Assembly: GCF_009914755.1 (NCBI RefSeq)
Contig: NC_060941.1
Length of the DNA: 64,000 nt
DNA from: the human T2T-CHM13v2.0 reference genome, Homo sapiens
Direction: 5' to 3' (one strand)
Positions 19,844 through 43,850 of the stretch are shown here, piece by piece. The number at the start of each line of letters is the position of its first letter. Within the stretch, counting starts at the first letter, position 1. Under the pieces are notes generated by a model. The model was not told the origin of the DNA. It saw nothing but the letters and a program-made list of their open reading frames with translations, and made no database searches. The position numbers and the translations under genes are program-made.

Positions 19844-20176
19844 TAGTCATGCCATGTGCTGGCCCCCACCTAATTAATATTCTATCGATCTGCCTAAAAG
19901 CAAACGACCATCCCCTTGTACCATAACACTGGTCAAAGTCAGTATAATTTTAAATATTATCATATAGTAATTTATAAACCCGTCCAAGTATTAAAATACT
20001 CAGGAGAATACAGAAAATCTCCTAAAACCTTTCCATTTAGAACCAGACATGTGTTTCCTTCAATGTTACTTTCATCCACTAGTCATGTACCAAATAACCA
20101 ATACGTTTTTTCACAAAGTACCAAGAAGCACCTGCTTAATCTATTAGCTTATGAAATTGTGAAGAATCAAGTCTCA

Positions 20177-20467
<291 letters not shown>

Positions 20468-20711
20468 TTAAAAAAAATTGTTTAAAAAGTATCATGAAGG
20501 GGTTTTATATTCTCCAATGCATGTGTGCATTTCTAGGAGCAGTTTGTATTCTTATTGATATCAGTAGGTCTGTAGCTATAGCATGAAACCCCGTCTCACT
20601 CACCCAATTCTGCTACCATTTCACATTTCCCTTGCTGCTTGTTCTTCTGAAATAAAAAGCCCTAATAAAACCTATGGAAACAAACCTATGGAACCTAAAG
20701 AAAATACTTAC

Positions 20712-20772
20712 CCTGGCTAGAGTGGTAAAGCCCACATCTGTTAATTGAGAACATCTTGCCACTTCCAATATT
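20712..20772 (-). CDS. FBXL20: FBXL20 exon 11 (61 nt; ILEVARCSQLTDVGFTTLAR)
   Basis: Manual translation; T-tract-aacag| acceptor, AGG|GTAAGT donor. Confidence 0.96.
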
Positions 20773-21196
20773 CTGTTAAAAAAAAAAAAAAACAGTGAAA
20801 GTCAAGCTCTTGGTCCCTGAAAACTGAGTTTATTAAAACAGTAAGAATTTACAAAAACAATCTTCTATTCTCTAAGGACTTTATAATATAGAATGACATT
20901 AACAACTAAGCAAGTCTGTATACAGATCTTGCCATTCATTTTCATGGAGTCATCATAAAGTGGTCCTATAAATACCACATTTCAGGGTGATGCAATCAAT
21001 GAACACAGAAGAATATAATTGAAGCTTGTAGTTAATGCCAAAATGCATGAAATGCATTAAAAGCCTTCTTGATGGCATACTGCTTACCCCCAGAGGGCAG
21101 CCTGCTCCTAGAAAACAAAGGAAACGGAGATACTCTATTTCAGTTAATCTCTTGCTGAAATGAATTATTTTCTTTCCTGTTTTAGAAGTAGGTTCA

Positions 21197-21557
<361 letters not shown>

Positions 21558-22157
21558 TTACAGGTCTATCCCAAATATGAAATTCTAGACTTGTGAAAGC
21601 TTCCTGCTTTCTCCCACAGGCTCCCATGGAGGCCCAGTTGAGAGGGAAGCTGAGCTGGCAGCCATTCACCTCTTATTAAGCAACTGTTAAACTCCAATCT
21701 AAATACCAACCACAGGATTGGGGAATCAAAAGTAGCTCTCTTCTGTGAAAAGTTGGGTGACCTCTGTAAAATGGTAACAAAGAACATGTTTGTTTATAAA
21801 ATTCTTACTACTGAAGTTGAAAAAAATTGAAGTTAAAGTATAGGAAACAATTATCAACTGAAAATCAATGAGAAATGGATGGCGGGGTGCGGTGGCTCAC
21901 ACCTATAATCCCAGCACTTCAGGAGGCTGAGGCAGGAGGATCACTTGAGCTCAGGAGTTCAAGACCAGCCTGGGCAACATACCAAGACTTCACCAGTATA
22001 AAAAAATTTTTAAATTCTGTCCGGGCGCGGTGACTCACGCCTGTAATCCCTGCACTTTGGGAGGCCGAGGCAGGCGGATCACGAGGTCAGGAGATCGAGA
22101 CCAGCCTGGCCAACATGGTGAAACCCCGTCTCTACTAAAATTACAAAAAATTAGTCA

Positions 22158-22604
<447 letters not shown>

Positions 22605-22611
22605 CTATCTC

Positions 22612-22665
22612 AAAAAAAAAAAAAAAAAGAAAGAAAGAAAGAAAGAAAGAAAAAGAAAGAAAGAA
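22612..22665 (+). repeat. A-tract plus (GAAA)n microsatellite
   Basis: Seen directly. Confidence 0.9.
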
Positions 22666-23319
22666 ATGAATGCTACCTAATGGGAAAACACGATCTGACT
22701 GGAACACAACTTTTGATTTTCACAGTTGAGAGCTTTTCCATTCTAACAATGTAATGAACCATATAGGGAGATGGAGCTGAAGACTCCTCTCTCTACAGTC
22801 GAAAAGGATAAAGTGTAAGATATTCAGAGAGAAGTTTGATTACCTCCCCAGCTCTTGAGGAATATTTTAGGCTTCTGATATTACTAATTTTGACCAATAG
22901 GTGTATGTTCTCTTAAGAAATTTTGATATTGTAGGCAAAAGGTTTTTTTGTTTGTTTGTTTTTTTGAGAGGGAGTCTCACTCTGCCACCCAGGCTGGGAG
23001 TGCAACTTCCACCTCCTGGGTTCAGACAGTTCTCTTGTCTCAGCCTCTCGAGTAGCTGGGATTACAGGAGTGGGCCACCACGCCTGTAATTTTTGTATTT
23101 TTAGCAGAGACGAGGTTTCACCATGTTGACCAGGCTGGTCTCAAACTCCTGACCTCAGATGATCCGCCCGCCTCAGCCTCCCAAAGTGTTGGGATTACAG
23201 GTGTGAGCCACTGCGCCTGGCCACAAAAGTTCTTTCAACAATTATGGTTAGGCCAGGTAATCATCAGAAACAATTTTCTGAAAGTTTTATAGCTTTACAA
23301 TGATTATTATATGTAAGAA

Positions 23320-23450
23320 AAGTGGCTTCATAGGCTCAGGAATCAGAGTTCCTGGGTGAATACTTGTTCCTACACTAACTAGCTGAGACCTTGAGCAGGT
23401 TACTTTGTCTCTTTGTGCTTCAGTTTTCTCATCTATAAAATGGCAGTAAC
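23320..23450 (+). mobile_element. MIR (continues after Alus at ~24090)
   Basis: CCTTGAGCAGGTTACTT…CTTCAGTTTTCTCATCTATAAAATGG core. Confidence 0.75.
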
Positions 23451-23471
23451 AAGGCTGGGTGTGGTGGCTCA

Positions 23472-23810
<339 letters not shown>

Positions 23811-24877
23811 TCACTCTGTTGCCCAGGCTAGAGTGCAGTGGTGTGATCTTAGCTCACTGCTGTCTTGACCTCCTGGGCTCAAGTGATCCTCTCACTTTAG
23901 CCTCCTGAGTAGCTGGGACTACAAGGCACACATCGCCATGCCTGGCTAATTTTTTTATTTTTTGTAGTGACAGGGTTTCGCCATGTTGCCCATGCTGGTC
24001 TCAAACTCCTGGGCTCAAGCGATCTTCTAGCCTCGGTCTCCCTAAATGCTGGGATCACAGGTGTGCGCCTCGGCACTCAGCCCTGAATTAGTATTTGTAA
24101 AGCACCTAAAGCAACACCTAATTTACAAGTACTATGTAAGTTTATTTTAGAGAACAAAAAGTGTAGCCAGGTGCGGTAGCACATGTCTTTAGTCCCAGCT
24201 ACTCCTGAGGCTGAGGTGAGATGATCACTTGAGCCCAGGAGATTGAGGCAGGCATACACAACACTACCTCAAAAGACAGTAACAGGCTGGGCACAGTGGC
24301 TTTCACCTGTAATCTCAACACTTTGGGAAGCTGAGGTTTGAGGCCAGCCTGAGCAACACAGCCTGACCCCATCTCTACAAAAAGTAAAAAACACAGCATT
24401 CTTCAAACTGAGGAGCCAGAGAGAAATAAGACTGTTTTAAAAACCCATCAGTACAAAAGAGGTATTCCTTTAAGAGTGTCTTTTAAATATAGTACCCCCT
24501 GCTATGTACCTGGTATCATTACTATGACAAATGACCTTAGGGTGGACCTTTAAAAACTACTTTGAGAAAAGAATTATACAAAAGCATTAATAAGAGAAAA
24601 TACCTTTCTTTCTATCTCAAGTAATAAAATGTTGATTCTTTTTTCTAGTATGGATAGCAAGTAGTGGAATTTGGGGATTGTTACCCCTTGGTTCACACCA
24701 ATTACATGAAATCAAATGAGGTACAAAAAGGAAGTAGGTGGGCATCTAAAAGGGACTACCTTAAAATTTCAAAGCGTCTGCAGTGCCTACCTTAAAATTC
24801 CAAAGTTCCAAGGAAGAAATATGGGTGAAGGAAACTTTTGTTCTATGATTTTTTTGAGCTAAACAAGAAATGTTTAC

Positions 24878-25008
24878 CTAAGCCGTGGGCAGTTCTGACC
24901 TAGAGCATTCAGGATGGCATCTGTGATGTTGGAGCAGCCAGAGGCACAAAGGGATTGTAACTTATGGCACCCTCTGCATATAGTAATGAGACCTTCATCT
25001 GTGATTTG
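24878..25008 (-). CDS. FBXL20: FBXL20 exon 10 (131 nt; QITDEGLITICRGCHKLQSLCASGCSNITDAILNALGQNCPRL(R))
   Basis: Manual translation; ttttttag| acceptor, TAG|GTAAAC donor. Confidence 0.96.
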
Positions 25009-25304
25009 CTAAAAAACAAGAGCAAAAAAATCCATAGATATTAGTATCTTAGCAAAACAAAAAAAGAAAAAAATGATAGCTCTGTGAAAATAATCACCAA
25101 AAAGGAAATCAAGACATGCTTAACACATTCATCAGATAGCAGACCTAAAAGAAAATGAACACACGTTGTTTCTTCCTTCCAGTTCTCTGTGCTTACCTTT
25201 GGTGCAAAGGGAAGAAGCTATAATAGAATCCTGTTGAAAGCTACAATGGAATTCTAATAGAACTGGGATCAGTATGGGGTACATCATAGTTTAGGTTCAA
25301 TTAA

Positions 25305-25598
<294 letters not shown>

Positions 25599-26119
25599 TG
25601 AGCCACCATGCCTGGCCTCAATTAAATATTAAAACCTAGAAAAAAGATAAGGATATAAGTATTTTAGTAGTATAAATATATCTAAAAGTTCAAATTGACA
25701 CTGATAAGTTAGTGAAAAAAATTAAACTGTGGATGACAGTTGCAATATTGTATCAGCCACAGCATCCATTTACTTCTATATTTTAGTTTTATAATATAAA
25801 GAACATCCTAATTTATAGATAAAAGAGTTGTATCTAACTCAGACACAATTTTGTATTTTTTACAAGTTATTAGACTGGGTGGAGTGGCTCACACATGTAA
25901 TCCAAGCACTTTGGGAGGCTGAGGTGGGTGGATCACCTGAGGTCGGGAGTTCGAGACCAGCCTGGCCAACATGGTGAAAACCTGTCTCTACTAAAAATAC
26001 AAAAATTAGCCAAGTATTGTGGCACATGCCTGTAATCCCAGCTACTTGGACGGCTGACACAGGAGAATCGCTTAACCCCAGGAGGAGATTTGCACCACTG
26101 CACTCCACCAGGCAATAGA

Positions 26120-26290
26120 GCAAGAAAAGAAAAAAAAAAAAAAAAAAAAAAGGGACGGGAAGGGAAGGGAGGAAGAGAGGGAAAGGAAAGAAGGAATAAA
26201 GAAAGGAAAGAAAGGAAGAAAGAAAGAAAAGAAAGGGAAGGAAGGGAAGGAAGAGAAGAAAGAAAGGAAGAAGGAGGGAGGGAGGGAAGT
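26120..26290 (+). repeat. Polypurine (GA-rich) low-complexity tract from an Alu tail
   Basis: ~170 nt almost purely A/G (GGAA/GAAA units). Confidence 0.9.
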
Positions 26291-26359
26291 TATTGAGGCC
26301 GGGCATGGTGGCTCAAGCCTGTAACCCCAGCACTTTGAGAGGCGGAGGCGGGTGGATCA

Positions 26360-26584
<225 letters not shown>

Positions 26585-27499
26585 TTACAGGCGTGGGCCA
26601 CCACGCCCGGCCCAGGTACAAATATTTCATAAATAATATCTGGTTGTTTTCTAACCAACTGAGTAATTTGTTGCATAATAAGCCACCTCACATCAAAGAT
26701 GTTATATTTTTAGAAATATTACAAGCACACATGCCTACAGTCCCAGCTACTCAGGAGGCTGAAGTGGAATGATCGCTTTAGCCCAGGAGTTCAAGGTTAG
26801 TCTGGGCAACATAATGAGACCACCCCCAACTCCCGTAAACAAAAAAAAGGAAAGTTACACATAAACATCTCAACATGGTGGATACTATCAACTCTTCAAT
26901 TTGTCCTCCAGATTCACTAATTTTGTGTAGGCCTAAAAATAAAAGCTCTCTTCTTGTCTCTGTTTAATAGTCATGTCCATAAATTACAAGGACAACTGAA
27001 AAAACAAAATCCCACAACTTTTAATATCCACTGCTTAAATCATGCTTTCAATATCATGTAGCTGACACAAATATAGATAAAAAAAATTGGATGCTAAGGC
27101 AGATACTAATGAGGATCAAGTAATGAGATACTAACACACGTGGAGGCAGCTAAAAAAGTCCCACACAAACACGATGTATTGTCTTTAGACTATGATAGCC
27201 GAGATGTAAAGAGGGAAGTAAGAATCAATACACATGCAAATTTAGCAGGCCAAAGATATTTGTGCCACACAATATTAGAAAAGTACCGTAGGGCTGTGCT
27301 GCCCTTTCCTTTGTATGTTATAAGAGAGTACTGAGGAAGAAAGATGAGTTAAGTCATACTGTCAGTACTTTAAAAAATTGTAGGCCAGGCACGGTGGCTC
27401 GCGTCTGTAATCTCAGCACTTTAGAAGGCTGAGGTGGGCAGATCACTTGAGGTCAGGAGTCTGAGACCAGCCTAACATGGCGAAACCCCGTTTCTACTA

Positions 27500-27660
<161 letters not shown>

Positions 27661-27954
27661 TCAAAAAAAAAAAAAAAAAAAAGTAAAATTTACTAAACTT
27701 TTATGTTTTTCAAATCTGTCAAGAAAATGAAAGCATCAAAAATGTACTTTAATCACCTCAATAATTTTGGGCAGAGCATGAAATCTCATGAATGCTGAGA
27801 ATCATTTTATCACGCTGTAGGGAAGAAATGACTCCTGTACTAAGATTTGGGTGAAGGAAAACAATAAAATACACATAAGATAGAATTGGTTCTTTACGTT
27901 CACTGTGATTCCTGCCTGCTGGAAGGATGAAGAAACACCAAACTAAACCCACAA

Positions 27955-28056
27955 ATGTACATATTTATGTCTATATGTGTGTGTATGTAATGTGTATGTA
28001 TAGAGTGTGTAAATATATGTGCATATATATGTGCTTATACATACAAACACACACAC
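27955..28056. repeat. Degenerate (TG/TA/CA)n low-complexity repeat
   Basis: Seen directly. Confidence 0.85.
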
Positions 28057-28395
28057 TTGTTTTTTGTTTTGAGACAGAGTCTCGCTCTGCTGCCCAGGCT
28101 GGAGTGCAGTGGCGTGCTCTTGGCTCACCGCTACATCTGCCTCCCAGGTTCAAGTGAGTCTCCTGCCTCAGACTCCTGAGTAGCTGGGATTACAGGCACA
28201 CACCACCACACTTAGATGGTTTTTGTATTTTTAGTAGAGATGGGGTTTCACCATATTGGCCAGGTTGGTCTCGAACTGCTGACCTCAGGTGATTCACCCG
28301 CCTTGGCCTCCCAAAGTGCTGGGATTATAGGCACGCGCGTGTGTGCACACATACACACGAAGCTCTCCAGGAATAGTTTTTCTTTGGCATTTTAA

Positions 28396-28808
<413 letters not shown>

Positions 28809-28910
28809 TAATCCTAGCACTTTGGGAGGCCAAGGCCGGCAGATCACTTGAGGTCAGGAGTTCTAGACCAGCCTGGCCAACATGGCAAAACCCCATCTCT
28901 ACCAAAATTA

Positions 28911-29054
<144 letters not shown>

Positions 29055-29245
29055 CTAAATAAATAAATAAATAAAATGAAATTAGGCAAATTCTGATAGT
29101 CAGCAACTATAGTAATCGGAATTGTAAGGAAGAGCCCAGGTAGCTCACGCCTGTAATCCCAGCACTTTGCGAGGCTGAGGCAGGCAGATTGCTTGAGCCC
29201 AGACATTTGAGACCAGCCTGGCAACATAGGGAGACCCTATCTCTA

Positions 29246-29371
<126 letters not shown>

Positions 29372-29643
29372 CTAATAGTCCAGTCTGAGTGACAGAGTGA
29401 GACTTCACCTCAAAAAAAAAAAAAAAGGAACTTATCACTTTTTTCTTTGCCATGAGCAACTCTCACTCCAAGGCAAATACATTTGTAATTTTTAAGGCAA
29501 GAGAAAAAAGCTAAAGGTGTACTGTTGGCCAGGCACGTGGCTCACACCTGTATTCCCAGCACTTTGGGAGGCCAAGCCAGGTGGATTGCTTGAGCCCAGG
29601 AATTCGAGACCAACCTGGCCAACATGGCAAAACCCCATCTCTA

Positions 29644-29808
<165 letters not shown>

Positions 29809-31295
29809 TTAGGCCATGGCAGTGGCTTACGCCTGTAATCCCAGCACTTTGGGAGGCCGAGGCAGGCAGATCACCTGAGGTCAGGAGTTTGAGACCAGCC
29901 TGGTCAACATGGCAAAAACCCATCTCTACTAAAAATACAAAAATTACCAGCCTGGCCAACATAGTGAAACCCCATCCCTACTAAAAATACAAAAAAATCA
30001 GCCAGGTGTGGTGACGGGCGCTTGTAATCCCAGCTACTTGGGAGGCTGAGGCAAGAAGAATCGCTTGAACCTGGGAGGCGGAGGTTGCAGTGAGCCGAGA
30101 TCGTGCCTCTGCACTCCAGCCCAGGCAACAGTGCAAGACTCCGTCTCAAAAAAAAAAAAAAAAAAATTAGCCGGGCATGGTGACACACACTTGCAATCCT
30201 AGATACTCAGGAGGCAGAGGTAGGAGAATTGTTTGAACCCGGGAAGCAGGGTTGCAGTGAGCCGAGATAGCGTCACTGCACTCTAGCCTGGGCGACACAG
30301 TGAGACTCTGTCTCAAAAAAAAAAAAAAAAAAGGTAGCTGGGTGTGGCGTGTAATCCCAGCAATGCAGGAGGCTGAGGCAGGAGAATCGCTTGAGCCTAG
30401 GAGGTGGAGGTTGGCTGCAGTGAGTGCAGATCTCACCACTACCCTTGAGCCTGGGTGACAGAGTAAGACTTTGCCTCAAAATAAATAAATAAATAAATAA
30501 CAAAATAAAGATGTACTGTTAACATTCTAGGTGCCTGAATAGTTTCAGCAAATTATCTGAGTAGAATTCAGGGGTTTTGGGGTAGACACAAAAAAGCTGA
30601 TAGTTTGAACAAGACAAAATGCTAAATATAGATGCTACTTGAAAATAATTTGACGAGTATATATTGCTCATCATCTTATTTATTTTTTTGAGACAAGGTC
30701 TCACTCTGTTGCCCGAGCTGGAGTGCTGTGGCATGATTTCAGCTCACTGCACCTCAAGCTCCCAAGCTCAACTGATCTTCCCACCTCAGCCTCCCAAGAA
30801 GCTGGGACTACAGGCACACACCACCAAACCCAGCTAATTTTTGCACCTTTTGTAGAGACGGGGTTTTGTCATGTTGCCTAGGCTGGTCTCAAACTCCTGG
30901 ACTCAAGCAGTCTGCCTGCTTCAGCCTCCCAAAGTGCTGGGATTACAGGCATGAGCCACCGTGCCCAGCTTGACTGCAATTTTAAATACTAAACTTGTGA
31001 ATCATTTACATTTTAAAAGTAGACAGTTTTTTTAAGTATGTAAGAAAGGGGTGGAGCTACAGTTAGTTCATCTGGAATTCTGCATAAGCTAGCTACCTCC
31101 TATCTTATCTATGCCAAGGCCCCTAGGAATGAGTATTGTTAAGCACGTCAAAAGTCATCTGTGTGTTTACTTTGTCACTAGGGTTGTGGTAGAAAAACAA
31201 TACTGGTCTTGATGACTGAAGCTCTTAAAATAGCTCTTAAAAATTTTAATGAAATGAATTACTAAAACAGAAGAGTTGTGAGAAGGGATGTTTAC

Positions 31296-31370
31296 CAAGC
31301 AAGTCTGCAAGTTCAAAGTCACCAGTTCAGGGCAGTGTGCACCTATGTACTTGAGAGCTTCATCTTCTAG
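31296..31370 (-). CDS. FBXL20: FBXL20 exon 9 (75 nt; LEDEALKYIGAHCPELVTLNLQTCL)
   Basis: Manual translation; tttctag| acceptor, TTG|GTAAAC donor. Confidence 0.96.
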
Positions 31371-32635
31371 CTAGAAAGATTAAAAAGTAAGAAAAAAATG
31401 ATTATTGACATTGTCTCAAAGGAAAGAGATTTAAGAATGTACACATTCATTCATACATTCTAATACAGCCAACCAAGTTTCGAAGGAACAATGAATCAGA
31501 AAATACGCTATGATCATATAACAGTATAATTCTTATTATGATTCTCAGTATTTTTAAAATCAGCTTTGACCACATTCAAATTCACATAATCATCAAATCA
31601 AGAACAAAGATGAAGTAAACACTGCCTAGTTTTTATGGGTTTTACTTCTGATAAATTAAATATACCTGACAGCATTTTACTGAGGGCCCATGAAACTAAA
31701 ATAATTTTCAAACTTCTACACACCCCTTATAAAGTTTTTTATAAACAAACTTTGAGGAAATACAGCCAAGAAAGGAATCCAGTGTTCATCTCCCACTGGA
31801 AGATAGGTGCCATGCTTACAGTGCTGAGAACAGATGGTAAGTAACTGATTATAATGATACATTCCAATCAGTATTTTTCAGGATTCCTTAAATAACCAGA
31901 AGCTCAAGCTGTTGTTTTAAGGCAGTCATACATCTGAAATTCTCTTTCAAACAATGGAACCCCTCTCATCGTGATAAAAGAATCAGGGCACTTTTAATGG
32001 AATCCAAGTTATGGTTTTAGTAACCATTAATAAAATAAAGTAGAGCCTAGCCTTAGTTTGTCAGCCACAATTTAAATCCACTCATTTCTTTCCAGAGGCT
32101 AACTAATCAATTCTTTTTTTCACTATAAAACACTGAGATAGTAAAATTTTTAATGACAAAATATGTTGGATTTGTAATGTGACTGGCAGGAAATAAGCAT
32201 CAATACTATAAAATGCAGGTTGCTGTACACTTGGCATATTTAAGAAACACTGGTGGTTAAAAAACAAGTGGAAATTGCTAAGACTGCCTTCTTTGCCTAT
32301 CCAGTTCAAAGTATCAGGCAGTGACAACAAGCCAAGTTTTCTTTTCAGCACAAATTAAACTGCATGGAACTCTTCTTGACCATGGTGTATCTTTAATATA
32401 ATCTTAATTTACACTTTGTCTCCCTCCTCCTCAAGTTTATTTTTGGTCAGATGTTAATTCTTCTCATTCTTTTATCCTAAGGAAAACACTTTAATTTTTG
32501 GTAAGCATTTGTCTTTTGTCAATAATACACACAACTAACCTTTCCCTCCAGACAAACATCTTGGGGCTGTCTATAAAGAGCTCATGATTCATTCACGATT
32601 CTTCCGAATTTCACGAGCCCTACATGGAGTATTAC

Positions 32636-32762
32636 CTGCGTGCAGCCTTTTAAGAATAAGGCCTTGAGACCCCCACAGCCCCTCACTAGTGCTTGAATGC
32701 CATCCTTGGTTACTTGGTCACACCAGGAAATGTTCAACTGCTCCAACAGTGGACATCCCTCA
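32636..32762 (-). CDS. FBXL20: FBXL20 exon 8 (127 nt; EGCPLLEQLNISWCDQVTKDGIQALVRGCGGLKALFLKGCTQ)
   Basis: Contained in ORF 32582..32791; cctaag| (AAG) acceptor, CAG|GTAATA donor. Confidence 0.97.
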
Positions 32763-33148
32763 CTTAGGATAAAACAAAATAAGAGAAACATATCACTAAA
32801 TCCAATTCCAAAAACACCAACGTCTCAATTTATTGGCTATTTAGTAAAGGAATGGAAACATTCCCATTTTTTCCCACAAGAAAAAACATATTTACCTAAT
32901 GTATATTTAGATTTATCGATGTGGTATTCACATGGGACTATACCATTAGCAGGAACATCTAAAATCCAGCTTAACCAACAAACACAAAGCATTATAATGT
33001 TTTTCAGATTTATATTCCTTTTGTACTTATCACATATCTCAAAGCTCTCTAGACAAAAAATGGAAATTAAGTGATTTATTCTAGTTTACAGAGTAATTAA
33101 TAAAGAGCTCTGATTCAAAACGAGATTCTCCATCGAGCAATGCTATTA

Positions 33149-33521
33149 CTGGTTGAGTATCCCTTATCTTAAATGCTTGGTACCAGCAGTGTTTCAGATT
33201 TCAGATTTTGCAATATTTGCATTATACTTACATAGCTGAGTATCCCATATCTGAAAATCTGAAGTGCCCCAGTGAGCAGTTCCTTTGAGTGTCACATTGA
33301 TACTCAAAAAGTTTGGGATTTTGAAGCATTTCAGATTTTCTTTTCTTTCTTTTTTTTTTTGAGACAGGGTCTCGTTCTGTCACCCAGGCTGGAGTGCAGT
33401 GGCGCCATCAGGGCTCACTACAGCTGTGACCTCCATGGCTCAACTGATCCTCCCGCCTCAGTCCCTCAAGTAGCACCCAGCTGCATTTTGGATTTTTGAA
33501 ACGGGGATATTCAACTCACAG
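33149..33521 (+). mobile_element. Tigger4a (MER46/Zombi) DNA transposon interrupted by an Alu fragment (~33340-33475)
   Basis: GGTTGAGTATCCCTTATC…AATGCTTGG-ACCAG start and GGATATTCAAC end. Confidence 0.75.
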
Positions 33522-34284
33522 TACCAAAGTAGTAATGAAGCCTTTTAAACTTTTATTTTAAAAAATTACAAAGGCCCTGTGTATTTCCTTATCTGAGATG
33601 TTTCTAGAGTACCGCTTTTGTAGGCTGAATTTAGGATATCTTATGTCCGATCTCTGCCTTCAAAATACTAGTTTCATTGTTGATTCCATCTACTCTTAAT
33701 AGTTTAGCTTCATATTTGTATTATGGATGAATTCCAAGTTTTCTATAATATTCTTCAGAAAAACACTCCATAAATTGTTTGAAATATTCCTGCCTGCAGA
33801 AAAGATCCAGAAGATAAAGCCATGATATCAAGTTCATTCTCCAATATTAATAGTTTAACTTCAGGCAAATGACTTTAGGAAGCCTGTCTGAACCTCTCTT
33901 AGTCCAAGATTAGCCCCATAGCTCTCTGTTTTCCCAAAACTGATGTACTCATTCCTACCATAGCATTTATTCCACAATAACAGTTGACTGTGAGCAACTT
34001 AAGGGCAGCAATATCTTACTCGGTTACATCTCATGGTTGCATCACAGTACCTGGCAGTCAACAGCTTTCTAGATTTTCTTAGCTGTAAAATGACCATCCA
34101 CTCTACTTCACAAAGCTTTTAAATAAATAAGATCATTTATGTGAAAATATTTTATAAATGATAAAAGTTGTTATATTATCAAGTTTATTAGCCTACACAG
34201 CAAACCGTCTTAGGTACATGTGTTCAATATTCACAAAGAAGGTCTAAAAGGAGCCACATTTTAGATTATTTATACTCTACTTAA

Positions 34285-34389
<105 letters not shown>

Positions 34390-34414
34390 TGATCCTCCTG
34401 CTTCAGTCCCCTGA

Positions 34415-34704
<290 letters not shown>

Positions 34705-35383
34705 TACCTTGTTAAACCTTAATAAAATGTTATGAGGTGATAAGAAAAAGCTCAGAAAGGTTGTGTTTGCTTAAAGTACCTGGTTAATAATCTGGCTCCA
34801 GATACCTGTTTTAAGCACTAAGCTATAACACGTGCCCTTTCTTTCTTTTTTTTTGTTTTTTTGAGACAGAGTCTCACTCTGTCAGCACACTGGAGTGCAA
34901 TGGTGTGCTCTTGGCTTACCGCAACCTCTGCCTCCCGAGTAGCTGGGACTACAGGCGCACGCCACCATGCCCAACTAATTTTTATATTTTTAGTAGAGAC
35001 AGGGTTTCACCATGTTGGCCAGGATGGTCTTAACCTCTTGACCTCGTGATCTGCCTGCCTCGGCCGCCCAAAATGCTGGGATTACAGGCGTGAGTCTTCA
35101 TGCCTGGCCTTATTTTCTTTTTGAAAATAAGACTTCATAAAAATCTAATTGTTTATGTATAAACTGTACTACCCTGTTCAGAAATCCTAGTTACCTCTAG
35201 TCATTTCACTTTAGTATGTCCCATAATTGTAATTTGGGCAAGTGGTAAAACAAATTATCTATTCTGAACTATAGAATATATCCATAAAACAGAGTTGCCT
35301 TCAATTCCCACTTTATATCAATTATTTTTTTAAAATATGTATTTTTTTTTGATTACTTGACATGCTTATTATAAGAAATTTAC

Positions 35384-35479
35384 CTCAGAGCTTTTAGAGA
35401 CATGTTTGTTATTGATGTACAGGAAGCCAAGTCAAGGTGCCTGAGTTTGGAACAGAACTTGCTAAGGCTAGTACATGTA
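35384..35479 (-). CDS. FBXL20: FBXL20 exon 7 (96 nt; TCTSLSKFCSKLRHLDLASCTSITNMSLKAL(S))
   Basis: Manual translation; tttttcag| acceptor, GAG|GTAAAT donor; symmetric phase 2-2. Confidence 0.96.
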
Positions 35480-36019
35480 CTGAAAAATGGAAAAAGGAGA
35501 AAATAATGAATAAACAAGACAAGTACACATCCTTGGTATATCAGACACTGTTCTTATTAAACACATGTGTATATATAAGAACTGTAAAATTTTCATACCC
35601 CTAAAAAAGCAGTTATATATCCTACGACCCTTCACATTGAGGAAGAGACAGATACCATTCACAAAGAAAAAAGGCTGTGCTGCATATGAGAATTTGAATG
35701 AGGGGAAGATGGTGTTTGATTCACATTTTAAAATGTTAACAGCAATTGACAACATGATACTTAATGTGAGTTCGAAGAGATCTATATGTATTTTGCAAAT
35801 CCAGAAACACCAGAAGCTAATGGCTATCTACCAGACGTAGTCAAACATGAAGAAGAAACGCTCTGCATGTTTTTTCACTTAAATCCCTACTCAAGATAAC
35901 CTTTTGCATAACACTAATGTAGGAACTGGATTTTTGCAAGGTATACAAAGGATGGACTGGTCTGGTATTGGGCTGAAAAAAGTAAGTTATGTATTAAAGA
36001 CTTTTTTCTGCTGGTCAAG

Positions 36020-43850
<7,831 letters not shown>

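Noticed and set aside
24756-24805. Short direct repeat CTACCTTAAAATT(T/C)CAAAG twice; also AAACCTATGGAA twice at ~20668-20693
   Set aside because: Small local duplications with no sign of function
31364-31374. Tandem acceptor AGs at exon 9 (TAG|CTAG) and exon 14 (CAG|AG)
   Set aside because: Shifts of 4 or 2 nt would frameshift; common and unsupported
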